NCBI GenBank assembly: GCA_037481655.1
Contig: JBBFLF010000001.1
Span: 127,052-191,051, forward strand
DNA: 64,000 bases
Source of the DNA: Desulfobaccales bacterium
Lineage (GTDB): Bacteria > Desulfobacterota > Desulfobaccia > Desulfobaccales > 0-14-0-80-60-11
Direction of reading: 5' to 3'
The notes below the pieces were generated by a model. It made no database searches and was not told where the DNA came from. It worked only from the letters and a program-made list of their open reading frames with translations. This document shows, piece after piece, positions 49,214-56,874 of the stretch (position 1 is its first letter; every line of letters begins with the position of its first letter). The translations under genes were made by a program, and so were the position numbers.

Positions 49214-49816
49214 TTATACCTGAAAACGGGGCGCCAGGTGGGGCCACAAGATGCCGCTGCGCAGTCGGGCGGCGGTGAGGATGGCCCGGAGGTCCGCTTC
49301 GGCCTGGGCGAGGTCGTCGTTGACCACCAGATAGTCGTATTGGGAGGCCTGCTTCAGCTCTTCCCGCCCCTGCGCCAGGCGCTGGGCCAGTTCCCGGGGA
49401 GAAAGCCCTCCCCGGGCGCGGAGACGCCGCTCCAGCTCCTCCAGGGAGGGGGGGAGGATAAAAATGAGGATGGCTGCGGGAAAAAGGCTTTTGATGGCCA
49501 GGGCTCCCCGGGGCTCCAGGTCCAGGAGGGCATCGGCCCCGACACTGATGGTGCGCCGTACCCACTCCACCCCGGTGCCGTAGAAATGGCCGAACTGCTC
49601 CACCCACTCCACCAGGCCGCCGCTGTCCTTCAGGCGCAGAAAATCCTCGTGGCTGATGAAGTGATAATCCACCCCCTGCACCTCCCCGGGGCGGGGGGGG
49701 CGGGTGGTGTAGGACACGGAAAACTTCAGCCGGGAATCGGCGGCCAGGAGGCGCTGGATGAGGGTGCTCTTGCCGGCGCCGGAAGGGGCGCTGATGACAA
49801 AGATGCTCCCGTCCAC
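49214..49816 (-). CDS. gmk: Guanylate kinase
   Basis: VISAPSGAGKSTL, SVSYTTRPPRPGE..GVDYHF. Confidence 0.92.
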   Translation of the reverse strand: MDGSIFVISAPSGAGKSTLIQRLLAADSRLKFSVSYTTRPPRPGEVQGVDYHFISHEDFLRLKDSGGLVEWVEQFGHFYGTGVEWVRRTISVGADALLDLEPRGALAIKSLFPAAILIFILPPSLEELERRLRARGGLSPRELAQRLAQGREELKQASQYDYLVVNDDLAQAEADLRAILTAARLRSGILWPHLAPRFQV

Positions 49817-50098
49817 TCAGGCCTCTTTCACCAGGAGAGCCGGGCGGGCCGCCCCGGCGTGGCCGTTGAAGCGCTGGGACAGGGTCTCCACCTGCACCGC
49901 GGACAGGATGACGTGATTGCTGTCGGTGACGATGATGGCCCGGGTCTTGCGGCCGTGGGTGGCATCCAGGAGGAGATGGTTTTTCCGGGCCTCTTCCCTC
50001 AGGCGCTTGCCGGGAGCCGAATTGGGCATCAGCACCGCCACCACCCGGTGCACGGCCACCATGTTGCCGAAGCCGATGTTGACCAGCCGCTCGTCCAT
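49817..50098 (-). CDS. remA: RemA/DUF370-family regulator
   Basis: [16 protein letters not shown]...P.SAP.KRL..EA......LDAT.GRKTRA.I.TDS.HV.LSA.Q.ETL. Confidence 0.82.
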   Translation of the reverse strand: MDERLVNIGFGNMVAVHRVVAVLMPNSAPGKRLREEARKNHLLLDATHGRKTRAIIVTDSNHVILSAVQVETLSQRFNGHAGAARPALLVKEA

Positions 50099-50113
50099 GA
50101 CTCCCCCTCTCAG

Positions 50114-51010
50114 TTATTCGACGTTGTGGATCTGTTCCCGGAGACGCTCCAGGAGGCCCTTGGCGGTGAGCACCTCCTGGGTGATGCTGAGGTCGGAGGC
50201 CTTGGCGCCGATGGTGTTCACCTCCCGGAGCATCTCCTGCACCAGAAATTCCAGCCGCCGGCCCACCGGCCCGCCGCCGGCCAAAAGCTCCCGGAATTGC
50301 CCCACGTGACTCTCCAGCCGGGCCAGCTCTTCCGAGACATCCCGGCGTTCCGCCAGGAAAGCCAGCTCCTGGGCCAGCCGGGCGTCCTCCACTTCCCCCA
50401 CCTCGCCCTTGAGCTCTTCCAGCCGGGCGAGGATCTTCTGCCGCCAGGCCTCGGGGCTGACGGTGGCCTGCGCCTGGATGCGGGCCGCCGCCCCGGCCAG
50501 CTCCTCCAGGTGGCGGCTTAGGTCGGCCCGCAGGGCCTCGCCTTCGGCCCGGCGCATCTCCTCCAGGGCGTCCAGGGCCTGGTGGAGGGCCTGCGCCAGG
50601 ATGCTCCAGGTCTCCTCCAGATCCGGGGCCTCCCGTTCCCGGGTGATGAGCCAGTCGGCGAAGCGCAGCAGGTGCTCCAGCCGAAGGGGCTCCGTAAGCC
50701 CGGCCACAGCCTTGAGCTCGGTGAGCACCACCACTGCCTGGGCCGCCAGCCCCGCGTCCAGCTTCAGGCCCCCACCGGCCCCGGGTTTGCTCTCATAGGA
50801 GAGCTGCATCTCCACCCGGCCCCGGTTGAGGCGGGCTTTGAGCGCCTGGCGGCAGCGGTCCTCCAGGGCCCACAGATGCCGGGGCAGATTGAGGGCCAGG
50901 TCCAGGAAGCGGTGGTTGAGGCTCTTGAGCTCCACCGTCCAGCGCTGGGTGGGCCCCTCGGCCTCACCCCGGCCGTAACCGGTCATGCTCCTCAGGACAT
51001 CTGTCGCCAT
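50114..51010 (-). CDS. yicC: YicC-family protein (stress-induced; endoribonuclease family)
   Basis: SMTGYGRGE, KS.NHRFLD, C-terminal EVNTIG.KA......V...K...E..REQ..NVE. The start could instead be the internal Met at 50986. Confidence 0.85.
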   Translation of the reverse strand: MATDVLRSMTGYGRGEAEGPTQRWTVELKSLNHRFLDLALNLPRHLWALEDRCRQALKARLNRGRVEMQLSYESKPGAGGGLKLDAGLAAQAVVVLTELKAVAGLTEPLRLEHLLRFADWLITREREAPDLEETWSILAQALHQALDALEEMRRAEGEALRADLSRHLEELAGAAARIQAQATVSPEAWRQKILARLEELKGEVGEVEDARLAQELAFLAERRDVSEELARLESHVGQFRELLAGGGPVGRRLEFLVQEMLREVNTIGAKASDLSITQEVLTAKGLLERLREQIHNVE

Positions 51011-51531
51011 TGCCGTATTTGCCAGAGATACTTCTGCCGCACCCGGTTCAGCCAGGAAAGCAGGGGCTCACTGGCATAATCCGGATAGGTCCAGGGCAGG
51101 GGAGTAAAACCTCCCCGGGAGGCCACCAAAGTCACCTCGCCGTAAATTCCTTGGGACAGGAAGAGACGATGGCGGAAGTTCTTGCCGGTGGCCAGTACCA
51201 GGCGCTCCCCGGTGAGGTAGCCCACGTCCAGGTTAAGCAACCGCCGCCCCCCCAGGCTGAGGGCCTGCTCCAGACGGAGGCTGACATGCTTCCCGTGGGA
51301 CAGGAATTCCGGGTCCGCCAGGTGAAGGAAAGAGGCCAGGCAGCGCTCCAGGCCGGCCCCCATCTCCGGGACATAGTAGTCGCTGTGGCTGAAGGGCCAC
51401 CAGGGGCTCACCATATCCGGGGGGCCAAAATACTCCGCCAGCCAAGCCAAGGCCCGGGGAGCCAACTCCCGGCGCACGGTCAGGAGGCTCGCCACCGGCT
51501 TCACCGGCACAGGCGGCCTGGGCTCACTCAT
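50992..51531 (-). CDS. DUF4416-like protein
   Basis: 179 aa. F.HSDYY..EMG..L.R....F pattern remembered for DUF4416. Located upstream of yicC. Confidence 0.5.
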   Translation of the reverse strand: MSEPRPPVPVKPVASLLTVRRELAPRALAWLAEYFGPPDMVSPWWPFSHSDYYVPEMGAGLERCLASFLHLADPEFLSHGKHVSLRLEQALSLGGRRLLNLDVGYLTGERLVLATGKNFRHRLFLSQGIYGEVTLVASRGGFTPLPWTYPDYASEPLLSWLNRVRQKYLWQIRQWRQMS

Positions 51532-51591
51532 GCCTCCTCCGATAAGGACCTTATCTTAAGGGACCCCGCCTGGGAAAGCAATGAAAATTTC

Positions 51592-51609
51592 TTGTGAAAA
51601 TATGCACAG
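51592..51609. promoter_or_regulatory. Rex-box-like site
   Basis: TTGTGAAAATATGCACAG versus the Rex consensus TTGTGAA-N4-TTCACAA: the left half is perfect and the right half matches 5/7. It lies 61-78 nt upstream of the DUF4416 gene start (51531). Confidence 0.4.
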
Positions 51610-51659
51610 TTACCAGACTCAGGTCTCTACACGTTCTTAAGGCAAAGAGCCGCGGGACT

Positions 51660-51691
51660 AAAACGGCAGGGCCTGGGGATCCGGCCCTGCC
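51660..51691 (-). terminator. Rho-independent-type terminator closing the 52308-to-51660 minus-strand unit
   Basis: Perfect 9-bp stem GGCAGGGCC (51665-51673) / GGCCCTGCC (51683-51691). On the minus strand it is followed by GTTTTAG. Confidence 0.5.
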
Positions 51692-51757
51692 GCTTGTTCA
51701 CCTCCGCTTCACCCCACTAACTTCAGGAAAACTTGCCTTCTCGGGTCACTTCACTCT

Positions 51758-51870
51758 GTCGCGTCGTGAGAGGCGGTCAGGCCATCTGCAGCTGCCCCAA
51801 ACTCCCATTAAATATACTACTCAATACTCAACGTCGCGTCGTGAGAGGCGGTCAGGCCATCTGCAGCTGC
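51758..51870. CRISPR. CRISPR-like mini-array: two identical 38-nt direct repeats and one 37-nt spacer
   Basis: GTCGCGTCGTGAGAGGCGGTCAGGCCATCTGCAGCTGC occurs at 51758-51795 and 51833-51870 (38/38 identical). The spacer CCCAAACTCCCATTAAATATACTACTCAATACTCAAC (51796-51832) is 35% GC with no G. No cas gene is in the window and no third repeat was found. Confidence 0.35.
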
Positions 51871-52172
51871 ACTACCTCCACCAGGTTCTCCTGAAACAAG
51901 ACCTCCTGAACTTGTGAGATCTCCCTCTCCTTAAACTCCTCCAGGGATTCGCCCCTCAGCTCCGGCACAATCTCCCAGGAGCGTGGTCCGTTTTCCGTCC
52001 AGACAACGCATTCCAGGGACCGGTCCTCTTCCACCTTGCCGCGTTTCCAGCCCGCACATCCCGGGATGCACCGGAGGCCCAGCTCCGCCCGGACGCATTT
52101 CTCAAAGAGCATCAACACCCCCTTGCTGATGTGAGGAGCCTGTCGACCTGCCACCCTCTTGGCCATGGGCAT
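51852..52172 (-). CDS. Hypothetical 106-aa ORF; C-terminal half is HicB/UPF0150-like, N-terminal part resembles a HicA C-terminus (possible degenerate hicAB)
   Basis: LECVVWTENGPRSWEIVPELRGESLEEFKE resembles the HicB N-domain (Y.V....dG.y.a.vPeLpG..t.G.TleEa). PHISKGVLMLFEKCVRAELGL resembles the HicA tail. The last 19 nt of the ORF lie inside repeat 2. Confidence 0.3.
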   Translation of the reverse strand: MPMAKRVAGRQAPHISKGVLMLFEKCVRAELGLRCIPGCAGWKRGKVEEDRSLECVVWTENGPRSWEIVPELRGESLEEFKEREISQVQEVLFQENLVEVVQLQMA

Positions 52173-52280
52173 ACCACCCCGGCCTGCCTCAGGTCAGGTG
52201 GGTTGAAAGGTGATATTGTGGTCTTGAACCTACGGAAAAAGAACGTCTGAAAGAAAAGAGCCGCCGACTCCAAATTTTAA

Positions 52281-52308
52281 ATTATAGCAAAGAAAACTGT
52301 TGCAGCAA
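52281..52308 (-). promoter_or_regulatory. Sigma70-type promoter (minus strand) for the HicB-like ORF / repeat unit
   Basis: Minus strand reads TTGCTG (52308-52303), 16 nt, TATAAT (52286-52281), within an AT-rich patch. Confidence 0.45.
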
Positions 52309-52591
52309 CTTTTTTTCACCACGATCTGCAGCCCTTGGCGCCGGTGGGAGCTCCTGATATAGTGGAAGAAAAACCGGGAGGGGAACGCCGGGAAAATTTC
52401 CGCAGAGGTCGGAGAACCGGTCCCAGGGGATACCCCCCGCCCGGCCCGCCTCAGCCGGCCGTCTTAAACTCCCTCCCCTGATCCTTTGGGGAAACAGGCA
52501 GGAAGAAGGGGCATGCCTCGCCCCCATGGCCCAATTCCCAGGGAATTTTCGCCCCCATGTCCCCCGCGGCATTTGGGGGAAGGAGAACTTC

Positions 52592-52975
52592 GTGCACGAA
52601 TACGCCCTCATGCAAGGCATTGTGGCCGCCATCCAGGAGCAGCTGGCGGCGGAGAACGTCACCGCCCCGGTGCTGGAGGTGGGGCTCACCATCGGCATGT
52701 TGGATATCCATTCCGAAGCCGCCGCCCGCCAGGCCTTTGAGGTGCTCACCCAGGGCACCCCCCTGGAGCAGGCCACTCTCACCCTCACCATCCTGCCCGC
52801 CACCTTGACCTGCCCGGCCTGCAATCATCGGGAGCCGTTCCTGGTGGATCACTTCCACTCCCATGACCCCGTGCCGCTGGTGGACTGCCCCCGCTGCGGC
52901 CAGGCGGCTCACCTCACCGGCGGCCGGGGAGTGGGGGCCATCGAAGTGGTATTGGCCGGCGAGGAGGAGACCTGA
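52592..52975 (+). CDS. hypA: HypA-like metallochaperone (hydrogenase nickel-insertion family)
   Basis: GTG 52592 after GGAAGGAG. VHEYALMQGIV..I, L.IG.L, CPACNH...CPRCG zinc ribbon, His-rich insert HFHSHD. The track ORF start at 52526 is probably too long. Confidence 0.62.
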   Translation: MHEYALMQGIVAAIQEQLAAENVTAPVLEVGLTIGMLDIHSEAAARQAFEVLTQGTPLEQATLTLTILPATLTCPACNHREPFLVDHFHSHDPVPLVDCPRCGQAAHLTGGRGVGAIEVVLAGEEET

Positions 52976-52998
52976 CCGGCGCGCCGGAGCTTTTGGCC

Positions 52999-53640
52999 AT
53001 GGCGGTGGTGGTCTGTGAAACCTTTGCCAGCATCCTGGGGGAGTCCTCCCGGGCCGGCCTGCCTGCCTTCTTTATCCGGCTGACGGGCTGCAACCTGCGC
53101 TGCCGCTGGTGCGACACCTCTTATGCCTATGAAGGGGGCGACAGCCGGGAGGTGACCGACCTGGTGGCCGCCGCCCTGGCCTCCCGCCTGCCCCGGGTCC
53201 TGATCACCGGCGGGGAGCCTCTCCTGCAGCCCGACACCCTCTCGCTCCTCACCCGGCTGTGCGACGCCGGCCTGGAGGTGCTCCTCGAAACCAACGGTTC
53301 TGTGCCCATCCGTGGGGTGGACCGGCGGGTTTGCCGCATCGTGGACGTGAAATGCCCGGGGAGCGGCATGGCCCACGCCATGCACTGGCCTAACCTGGCG
53401 GAGCTCACGGCGCACGATGAGGTGAAGTTTGTCATCAGTGGGCGGGAGGATTTCGACTACGCCGAGGCCGCCATCCGGGAGCACGGTCTGGCCGGCGGGC
53501 CCACTCTCCTCATCTCTCCGGTCTTCGGGGAGGTCCCGGCGGCTGAGGTGGCCGGCTGGGTGACGGCGAGCCCGTTGCCCCTGCGGCTCAATCTGCAACT
53601 GCACAAATACCTCTGGGGAGCGGACGTCCGAGGCGTATGA
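52999..53640 (+). CDS. queE: 7-carboxy-7-deazaguanine synthase (radical SAM)
   Basis: E.F.S.LGES...G.PA.FIRL.GCNLRC.WCDT.YA, ITGGEPLLQ. Start at ATG 52999 (TTG 52993 is possible). Confidence 0.85.
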   Translation: MAVVVCETFASILGESSRAGLPAFFIRLTGCNLRCRWCDTSYAYEGGDSREVTDLVAAALASRLPRVLITGGEPLLQPDTLSLLTRLCDAGLEVLLETNGSVPIRGVDRRVCRIVDVKCPGSGMAHAMHWPNLAELTAHDEVKFVISGREDFDYAEAAIREHGLAGGPTLLISPVFGEVPAAEVAGWVTASPLPLRLNLQLHKYLWGADVRGV

Positions 53641-54353
53641 GCAACCGACCGGTGGCCGTGATCCTGGCCAGCGGCGGGCTGGACAGTTGTGTGGCCGCCG
53701 CCTGGGCCGCCCGGGACTTTGAACTGGCCTTCTTTCATGCCGACTACGGCCAGCGCACCCTCACCCGGGAGCGGGCGGCCTGCCGGGCCCAGGCCGCCCA
53801 CTTTCAGGTGCGCCGCCTGCTGGAGGTGGACCTGGGCTTCCTGGGGCGTATCGGCGGCTCCAGCCTCACCGATCCCCGCCTGCCGGTGCCTCAGACCGCC
53901 GATGAGCCGCCGGGATTGCCCAACACTTATGTACCTTTCAGAAACGCCCTCCTGTTGGCCGCGGCCACGGCCTGGGCGGAGGTGCTCCACGCCGCCGCCT
54001 TGGTCATCGGCGCCAATATCCTGGACAACCCCGGTTACCCCGACTGCCGGCCGGAATTTTTCCAGGCCTTTGAGAAGGTCATGGAGCTGGGCACTGGCCC
54101 CGACACCCACCTGAAGATTCTCACCCCCCTCCTGGAGCTGGACAAGGCCGGCATCATCCGCCTGGGGCTTGAGCTTCAGGCACCTTTGCACCTCACCTGG
54201 TCCTGCTATCAGGAGAATCTCCTGGCCTGCGGCCGTTGCTCCTCCTGCCGGCTGCGCCTCAAGGGCTTTGCCGCGGCAGGGGTCGCAGACCCCATCCGTT
54301 ACGTTCCCGGCGGGCGCCAGGCCTGGCGGGAGGAGAGCTCTCCCGGGGGCTAA
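53637..54353 (+). CDS. queC: 7-cyano-7-deazaguanine synthase
   Basis: AV.LASGGLDS, YVPFRN, YPDCRPEF, C-terminal SCY....ACG.C.SC Zn site. Confidence 0.9.
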   Translation: MSNRPVAVILASGGLDSCVAAAWAARDFELAFFHADYGQRTLTRERAACRAQAAHFQVRRLLEVDLGFLGRIGGSSLTDPRLPVPQTADEPPGLPNTYVPFRNALLLAAATAWAEVLHAAALVIGANILDNPGYPDCRPEFFQAFEKVMELGTGPDTHLKILTPLLELDKAGIIRLGLELQAPLHLTWSCYQENLLACGRCSSCRLRLKGFAAAGVADPIRYVPGGRQAWREESSPGG

Positions 54354-54396
54354 AGCTAGCCTGGGATGACTGGCAGGAGGGGAAGGCGGTGCGGCC

Positions 54397-54822
54397 TCAA
54401 GAATGCTTACGTCGAGGCAGGCGGCGTCCCGGGCGGGGGGCGGAGACGTGACGGAGGATGGTGAGGACCTCCCAATCCTCCACCGGCGCCAACAGGCAGG
54501 CATAGACCCCGATCTCCATGGCCTCCCGGATGAGGTCCCGGTGCCCAGGGTGCTCCTTATGGCAAAAGAGCACCAGGCGGCAACCGGGAGAGGCCACCTT
54601 CAGACGGGAGTAAAGCCCCACCCCATAACGCAAAATAGCTTCACAGTCGACAAAGACCGTGGCCCGCTCCCGCCCTTTGAGCTCCTGCACCACTTCATCC
54701 GGGTCCAAGAGGATGACGGGCGAGTAGAAGTGCTCGGCCAGAATCTCCGCCACCGCTTGGCGGGTTTCTTCCCGGAAGATCAGCAGGAAGAGGGGGATGT
54801 CTTTGTCTGTTGGCCCCACCAC
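54397..54822 (-). CDS. Receiver-like (CheY-fold) protein with degenerate phospho-acceptor pocket
   Basis: PLFLLIFREE..., VFVDCE, LVLFCHK, GVYACLLAP (conserved Lys replaced). Start moved to GTG 54822/54819, because the track ORF start would lie upstream of a strong terminator at 54874-54909. Confidence 0.4.
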   Translation of the reverse strand: MVGPTDKDIPLFLLIFREETRQAVAEILAEHFYSPVILLDPDEVVQELKGRERATVFVDCEAILRYGVGLYSRLKVASPGCRLVLFCHKEHPGHRDLIREAMEIGVYACLLAPVEDWEVLTILRHVSAPRPGRRLPRRKHS

Positions 54823-54873
54823 ACTCCATCCTGATAAAATCCGGACCTGAGGCGGCCGGTGGTTGCAGGCGCA

Positions 54874-54909
54874 AAGAAAAAAGCCCCACGCTACAGCATT
54901 TCGTGGGGC
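54874..54909 (-). terminator. Rho-independent terminator
   Basis: GCCCCACG (54883-54890) / CGTGGGGC (54902-54909), followed on the minus strand by TTTTTTCTT (54874-54882). Confidence 0.75.
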
Positions 54910-55118
54910 CTTGCTCTCAACTTTCGGTTTCAGACGCACTATTCCTTATATCTCATCTGCAAGGTCTGGGCCAGGGTAATGCCTCACCAGTTGCGGGAAT
55001 ATTATTCAGGAGTTGTCCGAAATCGGACCCAGATTCTCTCTCTCCGCCGTTAACTGGCGTTCTTCTGCTTCTTTTCTTTTGTTGCATTCCCGACCCGTTT
55101 TATCTGATTTGCACAGCC

Positions 55119-56297
55119 TCAGGGAGAGGGACGGTTTTGCGCCAGGCGGGACAGCTCATCCTTGAGCCGCCGGGTGAATTCCTCCTCAAAACCGGGCAGT
55201 TCCAGGGCATCCGCTTCCCGGCCGGAAAGATAGAGGGCCATCCCCTGGTAAACCTGGACTTCCTTCAGATCCGGCCGCAAGGCGGCCACCCGGTTCAAGG
55301 CCTCCAAGCTCTCCTCATAGCGCCCCAGCCCCAAGAGGGCCACCCCCTTCCCCAGCAGGGCCTGGGCATGCTCCGGCTCCTGATGGAGCAGCTCCTCGAA
55401 GATTTCCAGGGCTTCCTGGCCCCGGCCCAGGTCGTTGAGGAGGAAGCCCTTCATCTCCCGGGCCTGAGGGTGAGAGTTTTCCTGGCGCAATTCCTTGTCC
55501 AGGTAAAAGAGGGCCTCTTCCAGCAGCCCCTGCTGGGCCAACTTGGTGGCGCCATCAAAGAAGGGGGTCTCCAGGCCCACCACCCGTTTGATGAGAGCAT
55601 CATAGGTCTCGTCCACCACAAAGCGGCCGATATGGGGCGCCACCCCGCCGTGCCCGGGGAGGACATGGAGGATTTCCCGCTGCCGCAGCACCCGCAAAGA
55701 ATAGAAATAATGCGCCAGGCTGCCCCCCGCCGCTTTTTCATCCGGCTCCGCCAGGATGGTGGGGAGCACCGTGTCCCCGCTGAACAAGGTGCGGCTGGGG
55801 GCATGATAAAAGCTCAGGCCGTCAATGGTGTGCCCCGGGGTGTGGATGACCTCCAGCTCGAAGCCCGCCAGGGTGATGGTCTCCCCGCCTTTCACCTCAG
55901 TGATGCGGCAGCCCAGGTTCTGCATCATCTCCTTGAACTCCAGCGGGCCGGCCTCATGCATGATGATTTCCAGCTCCGGGGTGCCGAAACCCCGGTGGCC
56001 CCGGAAGAGCTCAATGGCCCCCATGACATGGTCGTGGTGGCCATGGGTGACGGCGATCTTCTTGATGTCCGTGGGCTTGATGCCCCGGGCCACCATCTGC
56101 ATGTAGGCGGGGTAATCGTTGCCCGGATCAATAATGGCATGGCCCTCGGGACCCTGCAGCAGGTAGATATTGCTGGAAAAATCGTAGCCGAAGAGAAACA
56201 GGGTGGCCTTGAAGAGGGGCTCCTGGATGCCCGTGAGCTCGCTTAAGGGGGTCCAGTCCTCCTGGGTGTGCAATTCAAAATCGGTATACTCGTCCAT
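55119..56297 (-). CDS. MBL-fold metallohydrolase with C-terminal TPR repeats
   Basis: THGHHDH metal motif, HTPGHT, then ~150 aa of TPR-like repeats (ALLGKGVALLGLGRYEESLEAL...). Start at ATG 56297 after GGAGG. Confidence 0.75.
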   Translation of the reverse strand: MDEYTDFELHTQEDWTPLSELTGIQEPLFKATLFLFGYDFSSNIYLLQGPEGHAIIDPGNDYPAYMQMVARGIKPTDIKKIAVTHGHHDHVMGAIELFRGHRGFGTPELEIIMHEAGPLEFKEMMQNLGCRITEVKGGETITLAGFELEVIHTPGHTIDGLSFYHAPSRTLFSGDTVLPTILAEPDEKAAGGSLAHYFYSLRVLRQREILHVLPGHGGVAPHIGRFVVDETYDALIKRVVGLETPFFDGATKLAQQGLLEEALFYLDKELRQENSHPQAREMKGFLLNDLGRGQEALEIFEELLHQEPEHAQALLGKGVALLGLGRYEESLEALNRVAALRPDLKEVQVYQGMALYLSGREADALELPGFEEEFTRRLKDELSRLAQNRPSP

Positions 56298-56369
56298 TCC
56301 GGGGCCTCCGGCGGTTTTCCTCACACTATATCCGGTTTTTTGAATTTGGGGAGGGGGCGTGCGGCGGCG

Positions 56370-56406
56370 AAAAACCCGGCCCCCCGGGGGTGCCGAGGGG
56401 CCGGGT
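56370..56406 (-). terminator. Rho-independent terminator ending the CoA-transferase-like operon
   Basis: Perfect 10-bp stem ACCCGGCCCC (56374-56383) / GGGGCCGGGT (56397-56406), followed by a T-run on the minus strand (56370-56373). Confidence 0.65.
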
Positions 56407-56425
56407 GCGTGTTAGAAGGGGTGGC

Positions 56426-56860
56426 TTACGGCGCAGCGTAGGGCAGGAAGTAGCTCAGCTTCATCTTGCCGTCCGGCCACCATTTCCGCTTCTTGGTCTC
56501 ACCGGGATAGATCTCTTTCACCTCGCCCGTCTTGGTGACGATGTGAGTGAGCTCCATCTCGATGAAGTGGAACTCCGTGAGCTCGTATTTGGTGATGGCC
56601 TCGCCGGGGATGACCACGGCATAGCCGGTCTCCTTGCTGGTGCTCCACTCGAAGGCCTCATTGGGGGTGAAGGTCACTTCCTCCTTGGGGTTGATGACCT
56701 TCAGGAGTTTGCCCTGGATTTTGTCCCCGATCTGGACGTCATAGTCTTCATAGAGCTCGTCGGGGAGATAGAACCACAGGGCCCGGAAACCGGTCTTCAC
56801 ATAACCCCGGACGAGCATGGGGTCAAAGCCGCAGACACTGACACGAACGAGTTCGGGCAT
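56426..56860 (-). CDS. Operon gene 6: hypothetical beta-rich protein (144 aa)
   Basis: ATG 56860, 6 nt after AAGGAGG. MPELVRVSVCGFDPMLVRGY... No family recognised (the segment LPDELYEDYDVQIGDKIQGKLLKV is faintly AbrB/SpoVT-like). Confidence 0.6.
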   Translation of the reverse strand: MPELVRVSVCGFDPMLVRGYVKTGFRALWFYLPDELYEDYDVQIGDKIQGKLLKVINPKEEVTFTPNEAFEWSTSKETGYAVVIPGEAITKYELTEFHFIEMELTHIVTKTGEVKEIYPGETKKRKWWPDGKMKLSYFLPYAAP

Positions 56861-56874
56861 GCTCACCCTCCTTG

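Noticed and set aside
51594-51917. 107-aa plus-strand ORF spanning both 38-nt repeats
   Set aside because: Its internal duplication (SRRERRSGHLQL x2) is simply the translated repeat. It has no RBS and implausible composition.
51906-51943. Possible third, degenerate CRISPR repeat 35 nt after repeat 2 (shares GTGAGA)
   Set aside because: Position-by-position comparison gives only 9/38 identities. It is not a repeat.
52295-52310. GTTGC-A-GCAAC palindrome followed by T7 on the plus strand, as a terminator
   Set aside because: The 1-nt loop makes an RNA hairpin impossible. The same bases are better explained as the -35 region of the minus-strand promoter.
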